A stretch of DNA of 38,318 nucleotides from Actinomycetota bacterium (GCA_003563375.1 PWSB01000237.1:1-38318), one strand, 5' to 3'. Counted from the first letter of the stretch, positions 25,052 to 33,444 are shown. Program-made: numbers and translations. The notes: a model not told the origin generated them from the sequence alone.

Positions 25052-26826
25052 TTTTTCCTATGTTTCACGTGAAACATCTTCAAATAACACAAAAGAGATA
25101 AAAAATCAGAAGGGCTCACACCCTGTAACCGGCGGGCCTGCCTCAAAGAATCCGGTTTACTTTCTTCAAGGGCGAGAATAGCCTCGTTAGAAATATTTTT
25201 TATATTTTTATAATTGATTTTTTGTGGTATTTCAAAATCTAAGCTGTTCTTTATCTTCTCGATTTCTTTTACCTGTCTTTCTATATATTCTCTATATTTT
25301 AAGTTAATGTATACGCTATCTATGTCTTTGGTGCATAATTTATATTTACCCTTCAAAATATCCTTGTATTTATTGTAAAAAGACTCTTTGGTTGGTTGTC
25401 CGAAATTATTGTTTTCTAATATTTCCTTCCCAGCAAGATGGATTTTTTCATATTTTTCCTCTATTATCTGCGCTTTTTCATTAAAGCCTATTATTTTTAA
25501 GAATTTTAGCATCCTATAATCGGCGTTATCATGCCTGTGGTAGAGCCTAAATTCATTTCTAGAAGTGAGCATTCGATATGGTTCAGTTATTTTTCTGCTA
25601 ACTAGATCATCGATCAGTACCCCTATATAACCATCTTCCCTGTTGATCTGGATCCCATTTTTATCCTGGGACATCCTCCCTGCATTGATGCCTGCAATTA
25701 TACCCTGGGCAGCGGCTTCTTCATATCCTGTGGTTCCATTTATCTGCCCAGCAAAAAACAGGCCTTTGAGTTTTTTACATTCAAGTCTGTTGTTTATCTG
25801 GAATGGCAGGATATAATCATATTCTACCCCATATCCCGGCCTGGTAATAACCGCCTTTTTTAGTCCTTTTATTTTTTTTAACATGCCCGCCTGGATTTCT
25901 TCACTGAGAGTTGTCATCAACCCATGTATATACATTTCAGATGTCCTCCTGCCTTCAGGCTGGATAAACAAGAGATGGCTTTTTTTATCAGGATATCTGG
26001 TTACCTTTTCTTCGATGGATGGGCAGTATTTAGGGCCTTCTGACTCTAACTTGGCAAAAAAAGAGCCATTCAGGTTTTTTTTGATATAATCTATACCATC
26101 TTCTCCAATATGAGTCATATGATTGTTGAATTGGCTCCTGCCGTCATATTTATCCTCAAAAGAAAACATTTCAGGATGATCGTCATAATATTGGAGTTTT
26201 AATCCTCTAAAATCTATTGCCTTGGAATCCACCCTGGGAGGTGTGTTTGTATTTAATCGTCCAAACCTGATGCCCAATTTCTCAAGATTCCTGGATAATT
26301 TATTAGAAGGAACCTCCCCTTGCCTTCCTGCCTCAATTTTATTTGCCCCCCAAAAAACCTTGCCCCTCAAAAAGGTGCCGGTGCATAAGATTACACATTT
26401 TGCAAAATATTTGTAGCAGTCACTGGTTTCTAAAAAATATAACCCCTTATCCTTCCCTATATTTACCACCATTGCCTGCCTTAGGGTTAAATTCTCTTGA
26501 TTTTCAACAATTTTCTTCATAGCCAGAAAATACTCTCTCTTGTCTATTCCCGCCCTAAGCGTTCTCACCGCTGGACCTCTTGATGTGTTTAACATCCTCA
26601 TATGAAGGAAGGTCCTATCGGTATTTTTGGCCATCTCGCCGCCCAATGCATCGATCTCTCTAACCATCTGCCCTCTTCCCGGGCCTCCAATAGAACTATT
26701 GCAGGGCATGGCGGCAATAGAATCCATATTTATGGAAAGAAGCAGTGTATTTGCTTTTAGGCGGGCAGCGGCTAATGCTGCTTCACATCCAGCATGTCCT
26801 GCCCCTATCACTATTACCTCATACAT
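25048..26826 (-). CDS. mnmG: MnmG (GidA) paralog, copy B (592 aa)
   Basis: It has YEVIVIGAGHAGCEAA, MPCNSSIGG, EGPKYCPSIE and GQINGTTGYEEAAAQG. It is full length, not the short TrmFO type. Confidence 0.85.
   Translation of the reverse strand: MYEVIVIGAGHAGCEAALAAARLKANTLLLSINMDSIAAMPCNSSIGGPGRGQMVREIDALGGEMAKNTDRTFLHMRMLNTSRGPAVRTLRAGIDKREYFLAMKKIVENQENLTLRQAMVVNIGKDKGLYFLETSDCYKYFAKCVILCTGTFLRGKVFWGANKIEAGRQGEVPSNKLSRNLEKLGIRFGRLNTNTPPRVDSKAIDFRGLKLQYYDDHPEMFSFEDKYDGRSQFNNHMTHIGEDGIDYIKKNLNGSFFAKLESEGPKYCPSIEEKVTRYPDKKSHLLFIQPEGRRTSEMYIHGLMTTLSEEIQAGMLKKIKGLKKAVITRPGYGVEYDYILPFQINNRLECKKLKGLFFAGQINGTTGYEEAAAQGIIAGINAGRMSQDKNGIQINREDGYIGVLIDDLVSRKITEPYRMLTSRNEFRLYHRHDNADYRMLKFLKIIGFNEKAQIIEEKYEKIHLAGKEILENNNFGQPTKESFYNKYKDILKGKYKLCTKDIDSVYINLKYREYIERQVKEIEKIKNSLDFEIPQKINYKNIKNISNEAILALEESKPDSLRQARRLQGVSPSDFLSLLCYLKMFHVKHRKK
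25061..25076. promoter_or_regulatory. parS: parS (ParB-binding centromere-like site), perfect palindrome
   Basis: TGTTTCACGTGAAACA fits the canonical TGTTNCACGTGAAACA parS consensus exactly. It extends to the 18-bp palindrome ATGTTTCACGTGAAACAT at 25060-25077. It lies inside the last codons of mnmG copy B (KMFHVKHRKK*), 8 nt upstream of the copy A ATG. Confidence 0.8.
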
Positions 26827-26840
26827 TTACAATCACCAGA

Positions 26841-26856
26841 TGTTTCACGTGAAACA
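26841..26856. promoter_or_regulatory. parS: parS (ParB-binding centromere-like site), perfect palindrome
   Basis: The identical 18-mer ATGTTTCACGTGAAACAT at 26840-26857 lies in the 66-nt mnmE/mnmG-B spacer, 13 nt upstream of the copy B ATG. Confidence 0.8.
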
Positions 26857-26892
26857 TTTCGCCAATTTTTCTTATAATATTATTTTTTGTCA

Positions 26893-28317
26893 TTATTTTC
26901 CTATACAAAACCTGGAAAAAATATTTTCGAGTACCTCTTCCCTTGCTGTGTCCCCGGTTATTTCACCTAAAAGTCCTGAAGCAATTTTAAGGTCTGCTGA
27001 CGCGAACTCTTCTGACAGTTTATTTGCCATAGCTGTTTCGGCATCTTGCAACACCTCCCTTACATCCTGCATTATTTTTTTATGCCTCTGGTTTATAATT
27101 ATTTTATCTTCCAGGTTTAATTCTCCGTTTCCCAGTACTTTCTTTTTTATTGAATGTTCCAAATCTTCTATTCCGGTCTTTTTCAATGCAGACACCCTTA
27201 TCGTTTGCTCGGGCCCAAAAGGCAGTCCCAGCTTTTTAATATCCTCTTTTTGACCTAGATCCACCTTATTTATAACCAAGATAGAGTTTTTGTTTTCTAT
27301 TTTCCCAATTATATTAAAATCTCGGCCATCAAGTTTCCTGCTTCCATCTACCACCATTAATACAATATCTGCTTCATCTATGTGGCCTAGGCTTCTTTCC
27401 ACGCCAATCTTCTCAACGCTGGAGGCGGTTTTTCTAATTCCCGCAGTATCAATGATTATCAGAGGTATCCCGCCTACATATATAATTTCTTCAACCGCAT
27501 CCCTTGTAGTTCCCGGAATAGAGGTCACTATGGCTTTATCTTTTTTAACCAAAAGGTTTAGAAGGCTGGATTTTCCGACATTAGGTTTGCCGACTATGGC
27601 AACCTTGACCCCATTTTTTATTATTTCACCCTTTGATTCATCTTTTATAAGCTGCTCAACCCTTTCTAAGAGCACTCCGGTCTTTTTTCTCAACTCCTCA
27701 TAAGGTGTAGTCTCTAGATCTTCTTCTATAAAATCTATACTGGCTTCCAGCTGGACCAATATCTCTACTATCCCATCCCTTATGCTGGCTATCTCTTTTT
27801 TTATATTCCCTTTTATATTATTTGCGGCTATTTTAAGACTCTCTTCTGTTTTTGAGTTTATTAAGTCGATTACCGCTTCAGCTTGTGATAGGTCTATTCT
27901 TCCATTTAAAAAAGCGCGCTTTGTAAATTCTCCTGGTTCAGCCAGCCTGGCCCCCCTATCCATGCATAGGCTTAATACCTTGGTGGTAGGGGTTATCCCT
28001 CCGTGGGTGTTTATCTCTACTACATCCTCCCTGGTATATGAATAGGGATTTCTCATCAACCCCACGATAACCTCATCCACGACCTCTCCCCTTCCATCTA
28101 TGATCTCGCCATATAAAAGAGAATATGATTTTAATTCATTTATTGTTTTTCCATTTTTTGAGCGGAAAATGCTGTCTGCCACCCTTATGGCTTCTTTTCC
28201 GCTTATTTTTACTATACCTATAGCCGCTTCACCTGGTTTGGTGCCTATTGCAGCGATAGTGTCTTCTTCTATATAAAACATATTATTAATCTTTTTTTTA
28301 TTCATTTTGCCATCCAA
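26893..28317 (-). CDS. mnmE: tRNA modification GTPase MnmE (TrmE)
   Basis: It has DTIAAIGT, the G-domain motifs GKPNVGKSSLLN, DTAGIR and NKVD, and a C-terminal CIGK. The true start may be an internal Met (28305 or 28281). Confidence 0.9.
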   Translation of the reverse strand: MDGKMNKKKINNMFYIEEDTIAAIGTKPGEAAIGIVKISGKEAIRVADSIFRSKNGKTINELKSYSLLYGEIIDGRGEVVDEVIVGLMRNPYSYTREDVVEINTHGGITPTTKVLSLCMDRGARLAEPGEFTKRAFLNGRIDLSQAEAVIDLINSKTEESLKIAANNIKGNIKKEIASIRDGIVEILVQLEASIDFIEEDLETTPYEELRKKTGVLLERVEQLIKDESKGEIIKNGVKVAIVGKPNVGKSSLLNLLVKKDKAIVTSIPGTTRDAVEEIIYVGGIPLIIIDTAGIRKTASSVEKIGVERSLGHIDEADIVLMVVDGSRKLDGRDFNIIGKIENKNSILVINKVDLGQKEDIKKLGLPFGPEQTIRVSALKKTGIEDLEHSIKKKVLGNGELNLEDKIIINQRHKKIMQDVREVLQDAETAMANKLSEEFASADLKIASGLLGEITGDTAREEVLENIFSRFCIGK

Positions 28318-28487
28318 AACATAAAAATATTAATCTAATTATTAAAAAAAGACAATTTTAGCACAAAGTACTACTGCCTATATTATAACAAAACAATAAG
28401 GATGATTTCTAAAGGATAATGCAATACAGCGTGTGGTTTGATTAAAATTTATATCCTGAGAGCCTTAAGGGTTATGGGCTTTGTCCC

Positions 28488-29066
28488 TTAATTGTTTTCC
28501 TGGACCGGATATATGATTATCCTTCTGAATGGCTCTTCATTTTTGCTTTTAGTCCGAATTTTGGCAAAACCAGAAAGAGTATCGTGGATGATCTTTCTGT
28601 CAAATGCAGACATCGGCTGCATTTTTATTTTTCTGCCTTCTTTAATTGCTTTTTTTGCTAGCTTTATGGCTGTCTTCTTTATCTTTTCAGCCTTTTTTTG
28701 CCTGTAGTCCTTGATATCTATTAAAATATTTTTATTTACCAACTTTTTCTTCGCTGATATAAGGTTTATTAGATATTCAATAGCTTCAATATTTTTTCCA
28801 TTTTTTCCAATAGCCATGCTTAAATCATCCCCATATACAGCAAATTTTAAATTGTTTTCATCCACCTCTACCCTTAAATCTTCACCGATGCAAATGGCTT
28901 CCAGGGTGTTTTTTATCAAATCGACTATTCTATCCAGGCCAGAGCATTTCTGCTCGACTTGCTCCCCTTTTATCTTTTTGTTTTCAATCAGGGAACCGCT
29001 CTTTTGTTCCTCTTCTAAGGATTTTACAAATGAATCCAAGGCATCATCCATTTTTTTATCTTTCAT
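28488..29066 (-). CDS. jag: Jag/KhpB-type RNA-binding protein (KH + R3H)
   Basis: It has a KH-like GKNGKNIEAIEYL block and an R3H block (DRKIIHDTL). It sits in the conserved position between yidC and mnmE. Confidence 0.8.
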   Translation of the reverse strand: MKDKKMDDALDSFVKSLEEEQKSGSLIENKKIKGEQVEQKCSGLDRIVDLIKNTLEAICIGEDLRVEVDENNLKFAVYGDDLSMAIGKNGKNIEAIEYLINLISAKKKLVNKNILIDIKDYRQKKAEKIKKTAIKLAKKAIKEGRKIKMQPMSAFDRKIIHDTLSGFAKIRTKSKNEEPFRRIIIYPVQENN

Positions 29067-29089
29067 CTATAAACACCTCACAATCAATA

Positions 29090-29881
29090 TTATTTCTTTC
29101 TTCTTTTTTTTCTTTTTTTTCCTGAGATAACTTTTTTTTCATCAGAAGTCAATTGTTTTTCTGTTTGCTTCTGTTCCGGTTCCTTTTTTTCTTCTGTCTC
29201 TTTTCCTTCTGTCCGCTTGACCCATTTATTTACAAGGCCTTGCTGCCCAATGGACCAAATATTGGTAGTAACCCAGTATATAAGTATCCCTGAAGGAAGA
29301 TTGATCGATATAAAACCAAATACTACAGGCATAGCATAAGATATTACAGATTGCTTTGGGTCTGTAGTAGTCATCTTTGTAGTCAAAAACATGGTAGCCA
29401 CCATCAATATCACCAGGATATAATATTGGTCCGGCTGGTTCAGGTTAAGCCATAAAAAATTATAATTCGGGTTAGGTACATTATTTAACATAAAGGGTCC
29501 CAGCACATTTCTCACAATATCAGAAGGTTCCCTCAATGCCTGGAACAAGGCAAAAAATATGGGCATCTGCAAAAGAAGGGGGAGGCACCCCGCCAGGGGA
29601 TTGACATTGTTCTGCCTGTAAAACTCCATAGTCTTTTCCTGGACCTTTTGTTTATCGTCCTTGTATTTTTTCTGGATTTCCTTGAGTTTGGGCTGCATCT
29701 TCTGCATCTTGGCCATTGATTTTGTCTGGCTTATAGTAAGGGGGGTAAGGACCACCCTTACGATCAGAGTCAATAGTATTATGACTAAACCATAGCTGGG
29801 TACTACATTCTGATACAAAAATATGACTATTTGTTCAATAACAGTCTGAACAGGTCTTAACAATTCCAATATTTGAGCCAA
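29090..29881 (-). CDS. yidC: Membrane protein insertase YidC (short form)
   Basis: It has a KMQKMQPKLKEIQKKYKDD amphipathic hairpin, NPLAGCLPLLLQMPIFFALF and a Lys/Arg-rich tail. The TTG start lies 9 nt after a GGGAGG SD. Confidence 0.9.
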   Translation of the reverse strand: MAQILELLRPVQTVIEQIVIFLYQNVVPSYGLVIILLTLIVRVVLTPLTISQTKSMAKMQKMQPKLKEIQKKYKDDKQKVQEKTMEFYRQNNVNPLAGCLPLLLQMPIFFALFQALREPSDIVRNVLGPFMLNNVPNPNYNFLWLNLNQPDQYYILVILMVATMFLTTKMTTTDPKQSVISYAMPVVFGFISINLPSGILIYWVTTNIWSIGQQGLVNKWVKRTEGKETEEKKEPEQKQTEKQLTSDEKKVISGKKRKKRRKK

Positions 29882-29902
29882 ACCAACAAACCTCCCTTAT
29901 CT

Positions 29903-30112
29903 TTACTTAACAGGATCATAGCCGCCTTTGTTAAATGGATTACATCTTAAAATCCTATATATTGCTTTAATACTTCCTTTTAGTACGCCATATTTATTCA
30001 AAGCATCTATGGCATACTGGGAGCAGGTCGGTAAAAACCTGCAGCTGCTGGGCAATACAGGCGAAATAATTTTTTTATATAATTTTAATAAATATATAAA
30101 TACTTTACTCAT
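29903..30112 (-). CDS. yidD: Membrane protein insertion efficiency factor YidD
   Basis: The 69-aa protein has [19 protein letters not shown] and [11 protein letters not shown]. Confidence 0.9.
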   Translation of the reverse strand: MSKVFIYLLKLYKKIISPVLPSSCRFLPTCSQYAIDALNKYGVLKGSIKAIYRILRCNPFNKGGYDPVK

Positions 30113-30132
30113 GATTGATTTAAAAAGACCGG

Positions 30133-30456
30133 TTAATCAAAAGCAGAGAGTAGCGAGTTTTCAATCACTTGTTTTAGCTGGTGATAGCCAGCACCTGCGG
30201 ATGCTTTCCTGACCACTATTAGCAGGTCCAAGCCTTTATCGTTGATTTCGATCTTCCTTAAAACTTCCTTGATAATCCTTTTAATCCTATTGCGGGTCAC
30301 AGCATTTCCCACATTCTTTCCTACGCTTATACCCACCCTCATCATCCCAAGGTCGTTTTCCTGGATGTAAAACTTTGCAAACTTGCTGCTGGCGGTCCTG
30401 CCTTCTGAATAAATCCTATTGAACTCGCTCTTTCTCTTCAGGGTCTCGAGCTGCAT
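30133..30456 (-). CDS. rnpA: RNase P protein component
   Basis: It has the RNR-type block [14 protein letters not shown]. The ATG at 30456 shares one base with the rpmH TGA (TGATG). The track start at 30459 is a TTG one codon upstream. Confidence 0.9.
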   Translation of the reverse strand: MQLETLKRKSEFNRIYSEGRTASSKFAKFYIQENDLGMMRVGISVGKNVGNAVTRNRIKRIIKEVLRKIEINDKGLDLLIVVRKASAGAGYHQLKQVIENSLLSAFD

Positions 30457-30590
30457 CAAGCACTTAATTTCTTTCTGCCTTTTTTTCTTCTATTTGATAT
30501 AATCCTTCTTCCGGCCTTTGTTTTCATCCTGGCCCTAAAGCCATGATTCTTTTTTCTCTTCCTTTCATTGGGCTGGTACGTTCTTTTCAT
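30456..30590 (-). CDS. rpmH: 50S ribosomal protein L34
   Basis: My translation is [44 protein letters not shown] (44 aa). It is too short for the ORF track. Confidence 0.95.
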   Translation of the reverse strand: MKRTYQPNERKRKKNHGFRARMKTKAGRRIISNRRKKGRKKLSA

Positions 30591-30791
30591 CTTTATCCTT
30601 CAAATCATTAAAATTTTAATTAAGGTTTAAATTATACATACTAATTCTACTAATATCAAGATATGTGCAGTGCATCCGAGAGATATTTTATTCAAACACT
30701 TGTTCACTATTATTAGTTTTTGAAAAGTATTTTAAACAACCCTGAACAGTATAGTGGAGTTTTCCCAAAATACAATCTTTTTCTCTGCGGG

Positions 30792-30943
30792 TTTTCAACA
30801 GCTGTGGAAAATATTGTTGATAAATTAGAAAAGTGCCACTGTGTAGGCATTCAAATACCTTTTAATTATTAACTTTTTAAAGAATAGATATCACGTTTTC
30901 CGCATATTATCGTTTAGCGTATTGATTTTTTATTTGTTGATAA
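30792..30943. other. oriC: oriC part 1: DnaA-box cluster upstream of the dnaA operon
   Basis: Near-consensus boxes (consensus TTATCCACA): TTTTCAACA at 30792-30800; TGTGGAAAA at 30803-30811 (reverse complement TTTTCCACA); TGTTGATAA at 30815-30823 and 30935-30943 (reverse complement TTATCAACA); TTTTCCGCA at 30896-30904. Confidence 0.7.
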
Positions 30944-30975
30944 CTTGCATTGTGAAAAGATAGTGAAAAGATCCA

Positions 30976-31004
30976 TTGATATTAAAATGGTTAATTATTA
31001 TAAT
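30976..31004 (+). promoter_or_regulatory. Strong sigma-70-type promoter for the ATPase-wHTH gene and probably dnaA
   Basis: TTGATA (30976-30981), a 17-nt spacer and TATAAT (30999-31004). A DnaA box ends 32 nt upstream of the -35. Confidence 0.6.
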
Positions 31005-31036
31005 TTTTCTATTATTATCGATAGACTTCATGTTTT

Positions 31037-31825
31037 ATGTTGGAAAACCAGGCCGGTCCAAATAAAAAATCGAATGTAAAAATCCCGGTAAGGATCGCCG
31101 TCTATGATAACCTGAAGAGCATACCCCGGGTAGTAGAGATGGACTTTGATAATGTATCAGCCTTTATAGATGAATCCTCTCAAAGGACCTATACCCTTTC
31201 TCACCAGGCCGGAGGCCAGATCCCATATACCATAATAAGGGAGATAATTGAAAATCTTATACATGCAGAATTTTGTGAGATTATCATCACCGTCCTGGAC
31301 GGGGGAAACCATATCATCATCTCAGACCAGGGGCCCGGTATAGAAAATAAAGACAAGGCTTTCCTGCCCGGGTTTACCTCAGCCACCAGAAAGATGAAGG
31401 AATATATAAGGGGGGTTGGGTCAGGCCTGCCTATCGTAAAGGAGACCATAACTTTTTCAGGAGGGTCGATAGATATAACTGATAATATAAAGAGGGGGAC
31501 AGTGGTCTCTTTGAAAATAGATTCACCAAAGGAAGGCCAAAAAAAAGAACCTGTACCTTCAGATGAGACAAAAAAGAAACCGGAAACAGATTTCGGTGAT
31601 CTGAAACTAACCATTAGGCAGAAAAAATTGCTCTCCCTTATTTTGGAAATGGAGGAAGCAGGGCCTTCAAAGATTTCAAATGAACTAAACTTCAGCCTTT
31701 CTACTTCTTATAGGGAACTGATATTTTTAGAGAATAAAAAGCTGGTTGCCTCAAGCAGCTCGGGGAAAAGAAGATTAACCGAAAAAGGCATTAAATATCT
31801 TGAATATTATTCAAATAATTTTTAA
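31037..31825 (+). CDS. GHKL (histidine-kinase-like) ATPase domain protein with C-terminal winged-helix domain
   Basis: It has an N-box-like EIIENLIHAE, G1 DQGPGI and G2 GVGSGLP. After a Lys/Glu-rich linker comes LTIRQKKLLSLILEMEEAGPSKISNELNFSLSTSYRELIFLENKKLV, which looks like a MarR/wHTH. It ends 12 nt before the dnaA ATG. Confidence 0.65.
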   Translation: MLENQAGPNKKSNVKIPVRIAVYDNLKSIPRVVEMDFDNVSAFIDESSQRTYTLSHQAGGQIPYTIIREIIENLIHAEFCEIIITVLDGGNHIIISDQGPGIENKDKAFLPGFTSATRKMKEYIRGVGSGLPIVKETITFSGGSIDITDNIKRGTVVSLKIDSPKEGQKKEPVPSDETKKKPETDFGDLKLTIRQKKLLSLILEMEEAGPSKISNELNFSLSTSYRELIFLENKKLVASSSSGKRRLTEKGIKYLEYYSNNF

Positions 31826-31837
31826 TATGATTCTATC

Positions 31838-33193
31838 ATGAATAACTTGGCTGATTCCTGGAAATCAATATTAGAAGATATTAAAGATAGCATAAATACT
31901 CCCACTTATAAGACGTGGTTTGAGCATGTCTATCCGATATCATATGAGGAAAACTGCCTTACCCTCTCTGTAAACAGCCAGTTTGCCAAAGAATGGCTGG
32001 AGACAAGGTACAATAAAATAATAAATGATTCCATAAGGAAAAATATAGATAAAAATTGTAAGCTTAAAATCATAGTAAATCCAAAAAAAGGCCATCATTT
32101 AAATGAAAGCGACCTTATTCCTGAAATAAATACAGAACCTCGAGAACAGGTTGAGAAGACGGCAAGCTCGATGTTTAACACCAAGTACAGTTTTGAGACC
32201 TTTGTAATAGGAAGCGGAAACAGGTTTTCACATGCGGCAGCACTTGCAGTCAGTGAAAACCCAGGAAAAGCCTATAATCCTCTATTTATATACGGCGGGG
32301 TAGGGCTTGGCAAAACCCATCTGCTGCATGCTATAGGGCAATACCTTACCCAGATATATCCAGACCTGACAGTAAAATATGTCTCTGCAGAAAAGTTTTT
32401 AAATGATTTTATCAATGCTCTAAGAGACAAGACAGTCCTGACTTTCAAGGATTACTATAGAAACAACGATGTTCTTTTAGTGGATGACATACAGTTTTTG
32501 GAGGAAAAGGAGGCAAGCCAGGAAGAATTTTTCCATACCTTTAATGCCTTGCATGATACCAACAGGCAAATAGTGCTTTCAAGTGACAGGAAACCCAAAG
32601 ACATCTCTTCTTTGGAGGAGAGGCTGAGATCCCGTTTTGAGTGGGGCTTGGTGACTGATATACAGCCTCCTGATTTTGAGACGAGGTTTGCAATCCTTAA
32701 GAAATACTCTGAAAGAGAGAAAATAATTGTATCGGATGATATCCTGTCCCTTATTGCCAGCAGAATAACTTCCAATATAAGAGAGCTTGAGGGGGCTCTT
32801 ACCAGGGTAGTGGCTTTTTCGTCTCTTACAAGGTCAAAACCTGATGTAGAGATTGCCAAAAATGTGTTAAGGGATATTCTTCCAGACAACAGCGAGCAAA
32901 AGATAAATATACCAAGAATCATAAAAGAAGTTTCCAAATATTTTTCTATACCCATAAACACCCTTACCGGCAGCAAGAGAAATAAGTTCGTCTCCCATGC
33001 AAGGCAGCTTGCCATGTACCTTTCCAGAGAGCTTACCAGCAATTCGCTGCCAAAGATCGGGACAGCTTTTGGGAACCGGGACCATGCCACGGTCATATAT
33101 GCTATATCAAAGATATCAGAGCTTATAAACCAGGATCAGGAAGTCTATAAGCAGATCCAGCAGATAACCAATAATATAAAAAGAAACCCTTAA
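31838..33193 (+). CDS. dnaA: Chromosomal replication initiator protein DnaA
   Basis: It has NPLFIYGGVGLGKTHLLHAIG (Walker A), LLVDDIQFL and a domain IV block (ARQLAMYLSRELT...IG..FG.RDHATV). Confidence 0.97.
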   Translation: MNNLADSWKSILEDIKDSINTPTYKTWFEHVYPISYEENCLTLSVNSQFAKEWLETRYNKIINDSIRKNIDKNCKLKIIVNPKKGHHLNESDLIPEINTEPREQVEKTASSMFNTKYSFETFVIGSGNRFSHAAALAVSENPGKAYNPLFIYGGVGLGKTHLLHAIGQYLTQIYPDLTVKYVSAEKFLNDFINALRDKTVLTFKDYYRNNDVLLVDDIQFLEEKEASQEEFFHTFNALHDTNRQIVLSSDRKPKDISSLEERLRSRFEWGLVTDIQPPDFETRFAILKKYSEREKIIVSDDILSLIASRITSNIRELEGALTRVVAFSSLTRSKPDVEIAKNVLRDILPDNSEQKINIPRIIKEVSKYFSIPINTLTGSKRNKFVSHARQLAMYLSRELTSNSLPKIGTAFGNRDHATVIYAISKISELINQDQEVYKQIQQITNNIKRNP

Positions 33194-33234
33194 AAACTTT
33201 GATTGTTGAATGTATTGTTTATAACCCCCAGTTT

Positions 33235-33444
33235 TTGTCAACATTTCTATATTTTACGGTAAATAAAAAAGGATTGTTTTTTAGTAGTGTATAAATGCCT
33301 TTTTTATCAACACAGTTTTTGGCCTTTATCAACACACTGTTCTTGGCCACATCGAGGGTTTATAATGCTTCTTAACAGTTTAAACACCTTCTATATATTT
33401 ATTACTAAAGTTATTTAAATAAATAAATATATATAATAGAATGG
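33235..33444. other. oriC: oriC part 2: DnaA boxes plus AT-rich putative unwinding element between dnaA and dnaN
   Basis: Boxes are TTGTCAACA (33235-33243) and TTATCAACA at 33304-33312 and 33326-33334. The last two share an 11-mer TTATCAACACA, 22 bp apart. A nearly pure A/T run spans 33391-33444. Confidence 0.65.

Noticed and set aside
25060-25077. I first read the 18-bp perfect palindrome ATGTTTCACGTGAAACAT (also at 26840-26857) as a novel attenuator hairpin or transcription-factor operator for mnmG.
   Set aside because: The core is exactly the canonical parS consensus TGTTNCACGTGAAACA, and parAB are encoded 3-5 kb away. As RNA it would form only a weak A/U-rich stem. It is reported as parS instead.
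28318-28487. 170-bp jag-mnmE spacer, examined for a small RNA, tRNA or terminator.
   Set aside because: It holds only a weak 7-bp stem (TTAAGGG...CCCTTAA) without a U-tract, and promoter-like TATAAT sequence. No cloverleaf or conserved structure is recognisable.
29090-29150. Long T/C homopolymer-rich tract (ttcttttttttcttttttttcc...cttttttttc) that looked like a slippage-prone or phase-variable repeat.
   Set aside because: On the minus strand it encodes the Lys/Arg-rich C-terminal tail of YidC (…GKKRKKRRKK), which is a normal ribosome-binding feature of short YidC proteins.
32455-33096. 213-aa minus-strand ORF. Similar long antisense ORFs occur at 10636-11037, 15852-16465, 20348-20896, 26627-27253, 27290-27703, 28711-29130, 31201-31614, 33558-33980 and 35773-36391.
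   Set aside because: All lie fully inside well-supported conserved genes on the opposite strand (dnaA, cysteine desulfurase, aldolase, lipA/parB, mnmG/mnmE, jag/yidC, the ATPase-wHTH gene, dnaN, panB). They have low-complexity, Ser/Leu/Phe-rich translations typical of shadow ORFs.
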